This document shows positions 1-11,639 of a stretch of 64,000 nt of DNA, one piece after another. Position numbers and translations under genes: made by a program. Every line of letters begins with the position of its first letter. Position 1 is the first letter of the stretch. A model generated the notes under the pieces. It worked only from the letters and a program-made list of their open reading frames with translations, was not told the DNA's origin and did not search any database. This DNA comes from Octopus sinensis (lineage: Eukaryota): contig NC_043000.1 in the NCBI RefSeq assembly GCF_006345805.1, forward strand, positions 161,634,001-161,698,000, written 5' to 3'.

Positions 1-94
1 AAAAACTTTTTCAATTCCTGAGCGTTATACTAATACACATGTTTGCTACACCACCTGTCTTCGTCTTTTGTTGGGTTTTTTTCGTGAATTCTCC

Positions 95-97
<3 letters not shown>
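1..97 (+). mobile_element. 3' part of a Penelope-like short repeat (same family as 3755-3960 and 9420-9678), followed by (TA)n
   Basis: ttcctgagcgttatactaatac...ccacctgtcttcgtcttttgtt...ttttcgt matches the reverse complement of 3760-3835; ends at the (TA)n tract 98-147. Confidence 0.6.
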
Positions 98-139
<42 letters not shown>

Positions 140-313
140 ATATATATTACCCTCATAGACAGATCTGTACATATAAGCCTATCGTGATCATCTTTTAACG
201 TTCGTATTCTATGCTGACATGGGACAATAAAGAGACAGTAAAAGATGTCTTGCTACAGAGAATATACATGGCTGGGGCAACTGGAGGGGACAGAGGATGG
301 AGAAGATGCAATA

Positions 314-375
314 TCAAGGCATACTGTCAAGGTATACTGTCAAGGCATACTGGCAAAGAATACTTTCAAGGTATA
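314..375. repeat. 13-bp minisatellite, ~5 degenerate units
   Basis: tcaaggcatactg / tcaaggtatactg / tcaaggcatactg / gcaaagaatactt / tcaaggtata. Confidence 0.85.
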
Positions 376-1726
376 AGATGGATAAAGAGAAAATAGGAAC
401 AGAAGACCGAGAAGTGTAGATGCGTAAGTCTATGAAAGTGCAAAAGGAGAGTGATTGGTGGCTAGCGATGGGGACGAGAATGAGAGGTGAACACGGGTGG
501 AAGAGTGATCACTGGTGAATCTCACTATAAAGAGGAAGGTCAAAGAAAATAGTCGTGGGTCAGGGAGGAGGAGTGATACGTGACTGTACTAATAGGGGTT
601 GATAACAGCAGTATCAAAAAACCGTAAATAGATGAGACCCGTGGAGATACTGTGAAGTGTGTGGTAAGAGAGAGGGATGTCAGAGGTTCGTATCGTGGGT
701 GACAAAAGTTGGAAGCAGTTGGTGGCAGATATAAGAGCATGTTCAGGAAATAGGTGTGATCGGTATATGTTATATAACACACCTAAAAGAATATGAATTT
801 GATACCTCCAAATGAGAAAGTGCTTCCAGCTTTTCTATATTTCTTATAATTAATGGTGAAACATTATGATGTAATAACGAAAATAAATTGATTGATGGTG
901 TGAAATGGCTATATTCATTTTCACTTAATTCTTAAAAGTGCAGTCCTTCATGAAGTCCCAAAACGTTTCTTCGTGAGTCTGCTACTAACGCTTGACACAG
1001 TTTCGCTGTATTTCTTCCATTATTAAGTTTTAACAAAATTGACTATATTGCTTGTAATTTAAAGTCTTCCTCGCCTATTATGCTAGCTAATTCTGCACTA
1101 GGGACATATATCTCAATCTAGCTATCTTTTTGGTGATTTCTATTTAGACGGCACCTTTTGCTCTTGCGCAAACTCAACTAGAAAATTTTCGTCATGGCGG
1201 CCAAATCAAAGGTAATTCTAGTTTGTATCCCAATCTACTTATTTTGCTAACAAGCAAATTACCCAATCTTAAGTTGTGTTGCACCTCTAATCAAATCTTA
1301 AGTCTTTTTGCACCGCTAATCACTACTCAGCCATTCACATTTCAACTCAGTCTATTTCTAGCAGATCAAATGACGAAATTGATGGGGTTTCCCTCTGACT
1401 ATCAACGGCAATTAAAGACAGCATAATCAATTCCTACCTGCAATTTATAAAAGGAAGCGGTGTTCAATCGTGGGCTGAAGTATACTAAATTCAAATCTTA
1501 ACAACTTAAAGGTGATACAACTATCTTCATATGTGAGGTATTCTTAAATATGGCAGGGAATCACATCTACAGTTAAGGGTACTGAGCTATTCATTGATAG
1601 TTAATTCAAAATTTTTCTAATCTGTATGTATGTGTCCAAATGTGTTATATATGCCTTGTACTTCATGATATGGCCCCATGTTTGGGGGCTTTTTTGCAGA
1701 TATTGATATATTTAAATAATTTAAAA

Positions 1727-2764
1727 TGCGTGACCTACTGGTTTCCAAACATAACAAGTTTTTGAACGTAGATGGCTGGAGCGTCAATCACTAAAACCGA
1801 TGGATTATTTAATGTTTCGAGAGTAACACTCTCTAAAATCAAGTTAGATTCCTAAAACCAAGGTAAAACGATCTCTAGCAAGATCGTTTCTGGACAGAAG
1901 GCAAAGCTCACAGTGAGTGACGCAGAATAGTTAAATGTATTGCGTCTAAAAGCCATCAAACCACAGCAGACCTAAACCGCCACCTTGCCAATCTTGTGCC
2001 AACAAAAATCATTCGTTGTGACCTCTATAAATCTGGTTACCATAGGATGGTTGCAATTGCTCAATCTTTCCTGTACTACTCCCCATCCCACAGCTTCAAC
2101 ATGGTTAAGTAGATTGTGTCTAGACAATCAGAATTGGTCAGTGGTTCATTGAAACAATATAATCTTCTCTGAAGAAACTGCATTCTCCCTTTTGTGACTT
2201 CGGAACGAGTTTATGCCTGGAGACAGCCCAAAGAAGGCTCCAACTCTGAATTTCTCGCCCCCTACCGTGAAGTATAGAGATCGATCTGCTATCATTTGGG
2301 CAGTCATATCACAGAATTTTCTAAGCCCTTTAGCTATTCTACATGTCAGAGTTAGCGTCAATGTTTATGAGTATTTCGACTGTTCATGTCCATTCTATGG
2401 TGCAAACGTTGTTCATTGATACAAATGCAATCTTCCAGGATGGTAGCGCATCGATTCGTGGGATTAATGCTATTCAAAACTGGAGCGAAAAGCACAAAAG
2501 GGAAAATACTTTGGATTGGTCTCCACAATCATTGAACCTCAAAATAATTCAATAGTTATGGCAGATTTTCAAGCAACAAAGGAAGAGCCACGCCACTGCG
2601 CCATCATTCTAAGAGAGCTAAAGAAGGTTTTATTTGAATAATAGCTCAAAATTCACCTAACTCTATAGAACCTGTACGAGTAAATCTCTCGGTGTATTTA
2701 AACTGCCCATATTAGGGAAGAAAACTTCCATTTAACAAGCTATTACCTATTTTGTCCAACCCTA
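1727..2764 (+). pseudogene. Decayed Tc1-like DDE transposase with right-end TIR remnant
   Basis: Frameshifted peptides MAGASITKTDGLFNVSRVTLSKI (HTH), IIFSEETAF, PTVKYRDRSAIIWAVIS, HSMVQTLF...IFQDGSA, DWSPQSLNLKIIQ (cf. Tc1 WPxQSPDLNxIE); ends attttgtccaaccc next to a TA tract. Confidence 0.85.
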
Positions 2765-2794
2765 ATATATTATATATATATGCGTGTGTTTTTA

Positions 2795-2840
<46 letters not shown>

Positions 2841-2883
2841 CGAGCAAACGCCCCCCCCCCATCCAATGGATGGTGCTGAGTTG

Positions 2884-2923
<40 letters not shown>

Positions 2924-2927
<4 letters not shown>

Positions 2928-3363
2928 GTAAATAATTAATAGTTTAAAAACAACAATTGTTTACGGGTAGATTTTGGTATGTAAATATAACCATTATCGG
3001 TAGGAACTTTTTTTTAAAAGTTCTATATATATTTTTGTATATAAATAAAAAGGGGCAGGCAACAGGTTGCTTAGCCACATACCGAAAAAAATCAGAAATA
3101 TCAGTCAAAGACTATTTATTTCTACTTTCTACAAATAAGACCCACTTATGTAAAACGGAAGAAAAAATAACGAAGGCAAAGTCTAGGGTCCGTAAATAAC
3201 CCTAGACTTTGTTTTCGTTATTTTTTCTTCTGTTTTACATATGTGAATTACATGAATTTGTTATATGTAGAGTCTTATTTGTAGAAAGTGGAAATAAACA
3301 CTCTTTGACGGCTATTTCTGATTTTTTCGGTATGTGGCTAAGCAACCTGTTGCCTGCCCCTTT
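2924..3363. repeat. (TA)n-flanked element containing a ~315-bp imperfect palindrome (3048-3363)
   Basis: aaaggggcaggcaacaggttgcttagccacataccg...gtctagggt is the reverse complement of accctagac...cggtatgtggctaagcaacctgttgcctgccccttt; 2924-3054 recurs directly at 4019-4155. Confidence 0.9.
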
Positions 3364-3584
3364 ATATATATATTTAATATATGTATATATATATATTATA
3401 TAATTAGGGCTTAGTAAAATAAATTACTTTGCCACATACTGAACTTAGTAGAAATAGCAGCCAAAAAAAATTTTTTTAGCCATTTCTACTACTTAAAGAA
3501 AATTTCTCTCAGATAATGTTTACTCCAGACAGCTCACGAAGGTTTGGAGGTAAATACAGAAAAATATCACAAGTACATAGATCG

Positions 3585-3647
3585 TTTGAGTACGTCAACG
3601 TTTCAAGATTAGCCAAATAAAATCAACATTTCTATCGTCAGCTCAAA
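3585..3647 (-). ncRNA. Type I hammerhead ribozyme motif, canonical core, in a TA-flanked Penelope-like repeat (3404-3680)
   Basis: Minus strand: UUUGAG CUGACGA uAGA...UCUu GAAAC GUUGAC GUA CUCAAA; 6-bp helix I, helix III ACGU-ug-ACGU, GUA site. Confidence 0.8.
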
Positions 3648-3675
3648 ATTTCTTAATTTGGATTTGGAAACACTA

Positions 3676-3736
<61 letters not shown>

Positions 3737-3754
3737 ATATATATATATATATAT

Positions 3755-3960
3755 AACGGAAGGTTTACGAAAATAACAAAAGACAAAGGCAGGTGGAGTA
3801 CAAACAAACAATTGTATTAGTATGGCGCTCAGGAATAGAAATAAAAGAACTCTTTTACGTTTCGAGCCTACGCTCTTCGACAGAAAGATACACAGAAAAG
3901 AAACAAGGAGAGAAACAAGGAGAGAAAAAAATTGCGTGTAGGGGCTAACGATCCAACATG
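3755..3960 (-). mobile_element. Penelope-like short repeat carrying a hammerhead-like motif
   Basis: Homologous to 1-97 and 9540-9678; lies between (TA)n tracts. Confidence 0.65.
3851..3888 (-). ncRNA. Minimal hammerhead-like motif with A6U core (CUGUCGA)
   Basis: UCUUU CUGUCGA a GAGC guag GCUC GAAAC GUA AAAGA; perfect helices I and II, loopless ACGU helix III. Confidence 0.6.
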
Positions 3961-4018
3961 GGGTTCTGATTTCAGAAGTCAGAGGTCGGAGGTCAAGTGT
4001 ATATATATATATATATAT

Positions 4019-4155
4019 AAGGGTAAATAATTAATAGTTTTAAAAAAACAACAATTATTTACGGGTAGATTTTGGTATGTAAATAGAACCATTATCGGTA
4101 GGAACTTTTTTTAAAAAAGTTCTAGATATATTTTTGTATATAAATTAAAAGGGGT
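4019..4155 (+). repeat. Direct copy of 2924-3054
   Basis: taagggtaaataattaatagttt...acgggtagattttggtatgtaaata...aaaagggg, again directly after (TA)n. Confidence 0.9.
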
Positions 4156-4159
4156 AGGA

Positions 4160-5597
4160 TGCGCAAGCAAAGTTAGCGATGATTGCCCAGTGGATTGGAC
4201 AATGCAAATCAAAGGCAGTCATCTATGAGGCTGAGTGGTACCCGGCAGTAACCGCAGCAACGACAACGATAGCACTAGCACTGACGATATCTGCAGTGGC
4301 GGCAACACTAGCAGCACGTCTGGCAGCATCATCTGCAACAACAACGGCTGCAGCATCACCGGCACGGGGGTATAGACACGGGAATATGTTGGGACTGCGG
4401 GGCGTTCCTTCAAGCAACGTCTTGACAATCATAGGTCCTCCTTTAGGAACCCAGAGAGGCGCAACATTGCATCCTTGGCCAGCAACTTAATTAAACGGAA
4501 GTTCCTAGAACAACCTGGACCATACGTTAACGGGAGCAAACGATAAAAAAATTGTTTGTCTGAGGCATGAAGGATCCTGAACAACTGGCTTGACCTGCTT
4601 ACCTTCTTAAACTCCAAGAAAATTGACATGGGTGGGGCCTGGAAATGGCTATCAAGGCCGCCCCGGAGGGCATAGAAAAAGTGGTAGTGGCCGTATCGGT
4701 CAACGGTGAAGTAATACTTAGGGTTAGAGTGGAGGGTAGGGCCCCTTGCTGTGACCAAAAAAGCCACATTAGAGCGGATGCCTTCCGCCGCTCGTAAAGA
4801 CACCGGTGTTACCGGAAAACGAAAAAAAAAAAACTGCACCTCCACCTCCTGCAGGAACCAGTGGGGGAGAGCCCAGCATCGAGGAAGAAAAAGAAAAACA
4901 AAGCAGAGGGGAGAGCCAAGGATGGATGGGAAACGGCAGGAAGGAAAAAGAGAATGAGGAGAAAGGGGCACAAACACTTAATGACAACCACCATCCCACA
5001 GCCACCCGACCCCTCACCAAGCCCCACTCTGCCCCACCCTTCCTCTGCAGACACCATCACTCACTCTAACCCGCCAGACACTGATAAATTATCTACAAAC
5101 ACACAGATTTCCCAACCCTACATTGTGAAAAAAGTATTGTTTTTTTACAATGAGTCACTCGATAAGATTTGTGAGGAAATAAAACAATCCGGACGATCTG
5201 ATAAAAGTAAATATGGAAGAATGTGAGAGAATACCCCCGCAAGTGAAATGTGTTATCACACATAGTAGGAACGCACAAAGACGAAGTGATGAATATGGGA
5301 GGGGTATCTCGACCTAGCAAAAGGATATTGATGCCAGAGGAGTGTCGTCAACAGTATGTTACCCTGAACTTTAAGAGACTTTAACATGGATATATTATTT
5401 GATTAATTGACTTTAAAGGTCTCAATGAGGTCACTTGGATTGTGGGGTCCGAGTGACATTCACTTCATCCATTTGTTAATTAATTATTTTCATACCATCC
5501 TTCTCATTCGTTTTATTTTCCCCCACTTCTGTTTTTTTTTATTGACTGTCCTTGTACTCCCTTTATGTTTAGCCCCTTGTCGGCAATAAAGAAAACA
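4160..5597 (+). mobile_element. ORF1-only (gag-like zinc knuckle) non-LTR element, decayed copy 1
   Basis: GLEMAIKAAPEGIEKVVVAVSVNGEVILRVRVEGRAPCC, GWETAGRKKR, Pro-rich tract, then 3' tail ctgtccttgtac...gccccttgtcggcaataaagaaa; no RT between ORF1 and tail. Confidence 0.7.
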
Positions 5598-5599
5598 CT

Positions 5600-6495
5600 A
5601 TGAACGTTTGTTCAATGACATAGAATAGTTTGTCAGTAAGTCACATGTTTTGTTGATTGTTGCTACGTTTATTTGTTTCGTGTTTTATAAACACTTTGCT
5701 TTGCTGCCTTGTGGCAGTTTTGTGGGCGTTTCCCCCTTATTTGAAGTGGAAGCGCAGTATAATTTGTTAAAAAAAAAAAAAAAGAAAATACGAAAATCTG
5801 AGATCGGGACTCTGGAGGTGCGGTTTCGGACCGAGGCAATTGCCAGGCAGCATTCGGCAATCTCCTTGAGGACCGACAAGATAGTACTTCTACTCATTTA
5901 CCTTGGAAGGCGTGCTTCCAGGGTAAGGGGGGAAAGCAACCCCCTCCCGGAGGTGGATGTGATCTGACTGGTGGCAGCAATACTGCTAGGCCTCGAAGAT
6001 AAGATTGTGGTCCTCTAAGCCACTAGAATAGCGCATAAAAATTGGCATGGGATGGGCCTGGAAATGGCTATCTAGGCCGCACCAGAGGACCTAGAAAAAA
6101 TGGTAGTGGCCATAACGGTCAACGAAGAAGTGATACTTACGCTTAGAGTGGAGGGCAGGACCCCTCGCTGTTACAAGTGTGACCAAAAAAGGCAACATTA
6201 AACCGGTATGTCCTCCACCGCCCGTAAAGTCACCGGTGTTACCTGAAAACGAAAAAGAAACTGCACCTTCACCTCCTGCGAGAACCAATGGGCTAGAGCC
6301 CTGCTTTGGGGAAGAAAAAAAAACAAAGCAGAGGAGAAAGCCAAGGGTGGATGGGAAGCGGCAGGAAGGGAAAAGAGAATAAGAAGGGCACAAACTATTA
6401 ATGATAAGTCCAACCTCCGCCCCACCCAGTCCCCAACCTGTCCCACCCTACCCTACAGACACCAGCCCTCATCCTACACCACCAAACACGAACAG
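5600..6495 (+). mobile_element. ORF1-only element copy 2, head-to-tail with copy 1, 3' end lost at a SINE
   Basis: RFRTEAIARQHSAISLRTDKIVLLLIYLGRRASRVRG..PEVDV, KNWHGMGLEMAI, ILTLRVEGRTPRCYKCDQKRQH; 6040-6440 closely parallels 4620-5040. Confidence 0.7.
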
Positions 6496-6496
6496 G

Positions 6497-6680
6497 AGTG
6501 TTGCGGCGTGGGACTATTTGATTACATTCACCTCAGTGTTTCAGTAGTACTTAATTTAACTACCCCGAAAGGATGAAAGGCAAAGTCAATCTCGGCGGAA
6601 TTTGAACTCAGAACGTAAAGACGAACGAAATACCATTAAGCATTTCTCTCGGTATGCTAACGATTCTGAAAGGTCGCCGC
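6497..6680 (-). mobile_element. tRNA-derived SINE (Nin-domain-like family)
   Basis: Reverse complement has B-box gttcaaattcc and gcctttcatcctttcgggg; the family recurs at 8485-8670, 16485-16880, 22578-22765, 55080-55190, 56640-56830, 62945-63830. Confidence 0.8.
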
Positions 6681-6738
6681 TTTAATAATAATAATAATAA
6701 TAATAATATAATAATAATAATAAATAATAATAATAATA

Positions 6739-6769
<31 letters not shown>

Positions 6770-7700
6770 GGACCAAAATTGATATAAAGAAGCTTCACAG
6801 AAAATCTAGAAAGTTGTTGTTAATTTATGGAGGCTACCATCTGAAAGCTGATACCAAACGGCTGCACTTGAGGAGAGACCAGGGTGGAAGAGGTTTAATA
6901 GTAGTAGAGGAATGTGTACAGAGGGAAAGAAAATGTCTAATAGTGTATTTACAGAGCAGCACAGAAAAACTATAAACTGAAGACTCTATATAGAGAACTG
7001 GTGGCCAAGCGCGTGATAGGAGAAAAGGATAAGAACGAAATAAGAGAGCACGTGAGATTGAAGAGAAACTATTGCATGACCAATTTTGGAGAGACGCTGA
7101 AGACGCATGTGGAACAAAATCCTGGGCTTGGTTAAAAAGGGGGAAATTAAAAAAAGAAACTGGGAGTTTAATTGTAGCAGGCCAAGAACAAGCGATGAAA
7201 ACAAACAATTCGAGAAAAAATATATGGAAAGAATGTGCCAGAAAAATGTAGATCCTGTGGAAGTTGGAAGGAGACAGTGGCACACATAATGGAAGAATGC
7301 CCCAAGCTGGCGCAGGAAGAATACAAGAAATGGAGGTAAGACCAGGTTGTAAAAGTTTTGCACTGGAAACTTTGCCAGAAATGGGTATATAAAGCTGGAA
7401 ACATGGTAAAATCATTGAATCGAAAGAGTTCTGGAGGCGGAGAAACGTAAGATTTTGTGGAATTTTTCTGTTCAAACTGATAAGAAGTTAGAAAGTAATA
7501 GACTAAACATAACAATTATAGATAAGGAAAAGCGAAGTTGCTTACTGATCGACCCATCATGCCCGGTTGATTCCAGGATCGTAAAGAAAGAGGACGAAAA
7601 ACCAAAAACCATACAATCTCTTAAAATTTGTAACGGGAATAATTTAGAGCATCAGAACAGTAAAGTTCATGACTTTTCAGACGGGTAGTCATGATGGGTA
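6770..7700 (+). mobile_element. Dong/R4-clade LINE 3' fragment (CCHC + restriction-like endonuclease), decayed
   Basis: HLKADTKRLHLRRDQGGRGL, KCRSCGSWKETVAHIMEECPKLAQEEY, LWNFSVQTDKKLESNRLNITIIDK...LIDPSCP; bounded by (TAA)n 6682-6768 and 7733-7792. Confidence 0.85.
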
Positions 7701-7732
7701 TACTGGGCTTTGTATATTTTACCCTCTCACTC

Positions 7733-7792
<60 letters not shown>

Positions 7793-7793
<1 letters not shown>

Positions 7794-8462
7794 GACAACA
7801 TATCATAAAGTGATAAGTGCAGAATCTGTGGACAAAACGGTGAAACCGTATGACATATTACCAGCCAATGTACGCCACTAGCCCAGAAGGAATATAAGAG
7901 ACGCCACGACAATATAGCTAGCCGTGTCCATTGGACACTTTGCAAGAAGTATGGACTTGACACAGCAAAAAAATTGTACGACCACAAGCCTGAAGGCATC
8001 GTCGAAAATAAAAATACAAAGACTCTATGGGATTTTATGATTCAGTGCGACCATGAGATTGAGAATAGGAAGCCGGACATAGTCTTAATTGGGAAAGAAA
8101 TCAAACTATGCTGGATCATAGATATAGCATGCCCAGCTGACAACAAGGGATGCGATAAGGAAGAAAGAAAAGTCGAAAGATATGACCGGTTAGCTTGGAA
8201 ATTTAAGCAGTTGTGGTGGATGAAAAAGGTAGCAGTAATACCAATAATTGTCGGAGCCCTGGGAACAGTGAGCAAAAATCTCGAGAAGTACGTGAAACAA
8301 ATAGGGGCTGCAATAAGGGTGGAGCACTTGCAGAAAAACAGCACTGCTTGGAACCGCTCGAATACTCCGGAAGGTGCTCGAAAAATAAGAGTTGTTACAT
8401 TAGTTCACTGGTAGTTAACAGTGACACTGTAGTACATCCCCAGCGTTTGAAGCTGTGCAAAG
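7793..8462 (+). mobile_element. Second Dong/R4-clade LINE 3' fragment
   Basis: CRICGQNGETV*HITSQC, YDHKPEGIVEN...LWDFMIQCDHEIENRKPDIVL...IIDIACP...IPIIVGALG (REL endonuclease); TAA-like tail. Confidence 0.9.
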
Positions 8463-8484
8463 GCAATAATAATGATAACAATAA

Positions 8485-8670
8485 GAGGCACAAAGCCTGA
8501 CATTTGTGGAGAGGGAGCTTGTTGTTACATCCATACCAGTGTTTCTCTGGTATCTAATTTATTGACCACGAAAGGATGAAAGGCAATGTCACGGCAGAAT
8601 TTGAACTCAGAACGTAAAGTCAGACGAAATACCGCCAAGCATTTCGCATAAGGTGCTAACTATTCTGCCT
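8485..8670 (-). mobile_element. tRNA-derived SINE (Nin-like family)
   Basis: gaaaggatgaaaggcaa...gaatttgaactcagaacgtaaag matches 6560-6620. Confidence 0.8.
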
Positions 8671-9016
8671 TTGACAGTGAATTCGAAGTTTTGGCCAGTT
8701 ATATATAAAGACAGAGAGAGAGTTATTAATAAGGGATGATCAACCCGGGCAAAATACAATTTAAACTCTCTGATAATACAAATATACGAGGCTAACTAAA
8801 GGGTTTCTGATTGGTATACAACCCCAAATAGTGCTACGGCAAGAGCCGAAGTTGAAGCCTTCACCAGCCGACTTCATAAATCCATTGTTGCATTACCAAG
8901 TTAGTATTTCAGTGAGTGTTATGCAAGGAAAGACATTAACAGTGGGATATACGGACACACACACACATACACGTACGCGCTCATGCACGCATATGTACAT
9001 ACATACACACACACAC

Positions 9017-9063
<47 letters not shown>

Positions 9064-9220
9064 AACCGTCCCACATCCACACACCAGCTGAAAACTAGAT
9101 ACATACATACTCGCTCATATACATACACACGCATAAACACACTCACACTCACCTAAAAACTGCACAAGAATTCACGCACGTACACACAAACACACACACA
9201 CACATGCATACACACGCATC

Positions 9221-9300
<80 letters not shown>

Positions 9301-9542
9301 GTATATATATGTATACACATGCTCATTTAATTTTCATACTTACACACATGCTTACAACACACACGCGCGCACTCGCTCATACACACTTTTACAAATGTAA
9401 TCATCTTTAGCCAGGTAACTGTTATCTCCCTAGCCACCACGTCTCCAAGCACTTCCTTACAGTCAATTCAGTATGAGCAGCTGTTACTATAGACAAGTTC
9501 TTTTCTTCTACCCATTGTCTTCTTTCTCCAACTGCTTTCTCT

Positions 9543-9580
9543 CCTTCCTGTAGAAGAGCGTAAACTCGAAACGTCAAAGG
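9543..9580 (+). ncRNA. Minimal hammerhead-like motif with A6U core (CUGUAGA) in Penelope-like repeat 9420-9678
   Basis: CCUUc CUGUAGA a GAG cguaaa CUC GAAAC GUC aAAGG. Confidence 0.55.
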
Positions 9581-9778
9581 CTTCTTATATTTTTCAAGAG
9601 CGTCAAACTAATGCACGTTATTTGTTGTTCCCTTACATGTCTCTGTTTTTTTTTTCGTTTCTGTACCATTTTGAACCTTATACATACATATACACACACA
9701 CACACAAACACACACAAACACACGCATATATATGTGGCCACGTATATGTGTGTATGTGTGGGTGTAAGCACGCACATA

Positions 9779-9826
<48 letters not shown>

Positions 9827-10128
9827 AACACACACACACAAACACACATATGAATATATCACACTTCAAAGAATTAATGATTCGCAAGTTTTAAAGCAAT
9901 AAATTTTTTTCAATACAATTTAATGTAATCAAAAATTTGTGTTACTTAATGAACATCTGGTGCGCATGCAAAGCAGGTGTTTCCTATTTAAGACATAATT
10001 AGCCAGCCTGTTAGCTAACTAACTTAAAAGAGGGATAGACCGCCAGACAGATAGATAGATAGATAGATAGGCATATTCATATGTATATATTTTTCGTATG
10101 TATATATGTATATATATATATGAATGTA

Positions 10129-10164
<36 letters not shown>

Positions 10165-11639
10165 TGTATGTATGTATGTATGTATGTATGTATATGTATG
10201 TCAGGTCACTTTCGAGTGCTACTGGTAACATGTAACCCAGTACAACCTGTTGCATGGCCGGGAAGTGCCTTTTCGGTAAACAAAAAAAACAACAAATTGT
10301 TAATATTTTCAGAGGGAAAAGTGAGTGATTTAAGGGTGATTTAGTTGTTGTTTCTTGCACATCCAAAGACAACCACCCTCGCATGTATTGCTGTTTTTCA
10401 ATATTTTCCCCTATAAATACATTTATATTCTATAAAAAAAGAAAATTTGAGAAATTACAAACTTTTTGAAACGCCGCTCCTTGTCCTCAATTGTTTCCGT
10501 TTAGAAATTAGAATATGGCAGAACCTGAGATGGTCATTGTTGGCATTTATCCACAGGGATATAAAAATCGAGTTACGTAAACGATAATTCATTTCAATAG
10601 CATACTTTTCTGTTAGGAAATGTTTTTTTCTTACGCACACACACACGGCTTCGCTTGATTGAAGTGAGGGTAAAAATTTAAATTACAATTTTTTTTTTCT
10701 TTGCTTGTATTCCACCAATGGACCTCGCGTGTGCTTCTTTGGCATCATCGTTCCATAAAATGTGTTTAATAGGAGAAAAATAGTGAATAAACATCAATAC
10801 ATGTGAGAGTGAAAAGGGAGGGTGGTTTGGTTTGTGCAAGAAACAACAGCAAAACCTCCTTTGAATTCTTCACCTTTTCCTCTGAAAATATTTACATTTT
10901 TTTTTTTTTACTGAGTAGGCTCCTACCATGGTTTTTAAGTTTAAAAACAAAATGGCCAAAATGTGTCCGGACAGATATTATTGTAAAGCTTATAGCGTTA
11001 CAAACTGTCATAAAATTACTTCTTAATTTCTTTTTACAAAATTTATACCGGTATATTAAAAAAGATTTCATTCAATAAATAATGTTTTTACATTACATAT
11101 ACATCAATAAAATAAACTGTCGGTTTTCCAAATAGCGAATTAAAACTTGAAATAAAAACATTGGAATAGACAGGAAGAGGCTTTGCAAATGAAAATGGAA
11201 TACTCGGCAGTGAATGCAACGAATATTCAAATTCGTGAAAAATTGGAGTTCAAAAATTCATCTAAGTTCAAAAATCGAAATTATAGGAAATTTCTTGGAA
11301 CATGAATTTAAAAAAAAAAAATTCCGGACAATCAACCCTTTAATAATTGCTTTCTTTTAGTACTTTTAGTAATTGTTACATACCTTAATAAGCAGCTTTC
11401 TCTATTTAATATAGAAGATAGAAGAGTCTTTGCAATGCAGTGCGAATAGCACAAGACTTAATTCCCGGCAGGCGCTTCTGACATCATTGTTAATACTCTG
11501 TGTTGTCTTCATTGCTGTCTTATTGTCCTTTTATGCTTTTTTGTAATTTTTTTATGTCCTTTTGTGTTTTTGTGTCACAGGGTCTGTGGAGATGGGGAGG
11601 TGGTTTCGGGTACAGACCTGACGGGCTGGAGGTATTTAA

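Noticed and set aside
6834-7475. 213-aa minus-strand ORF
   Set aside because: Antisense shadow of the Dong/R4 fragment.
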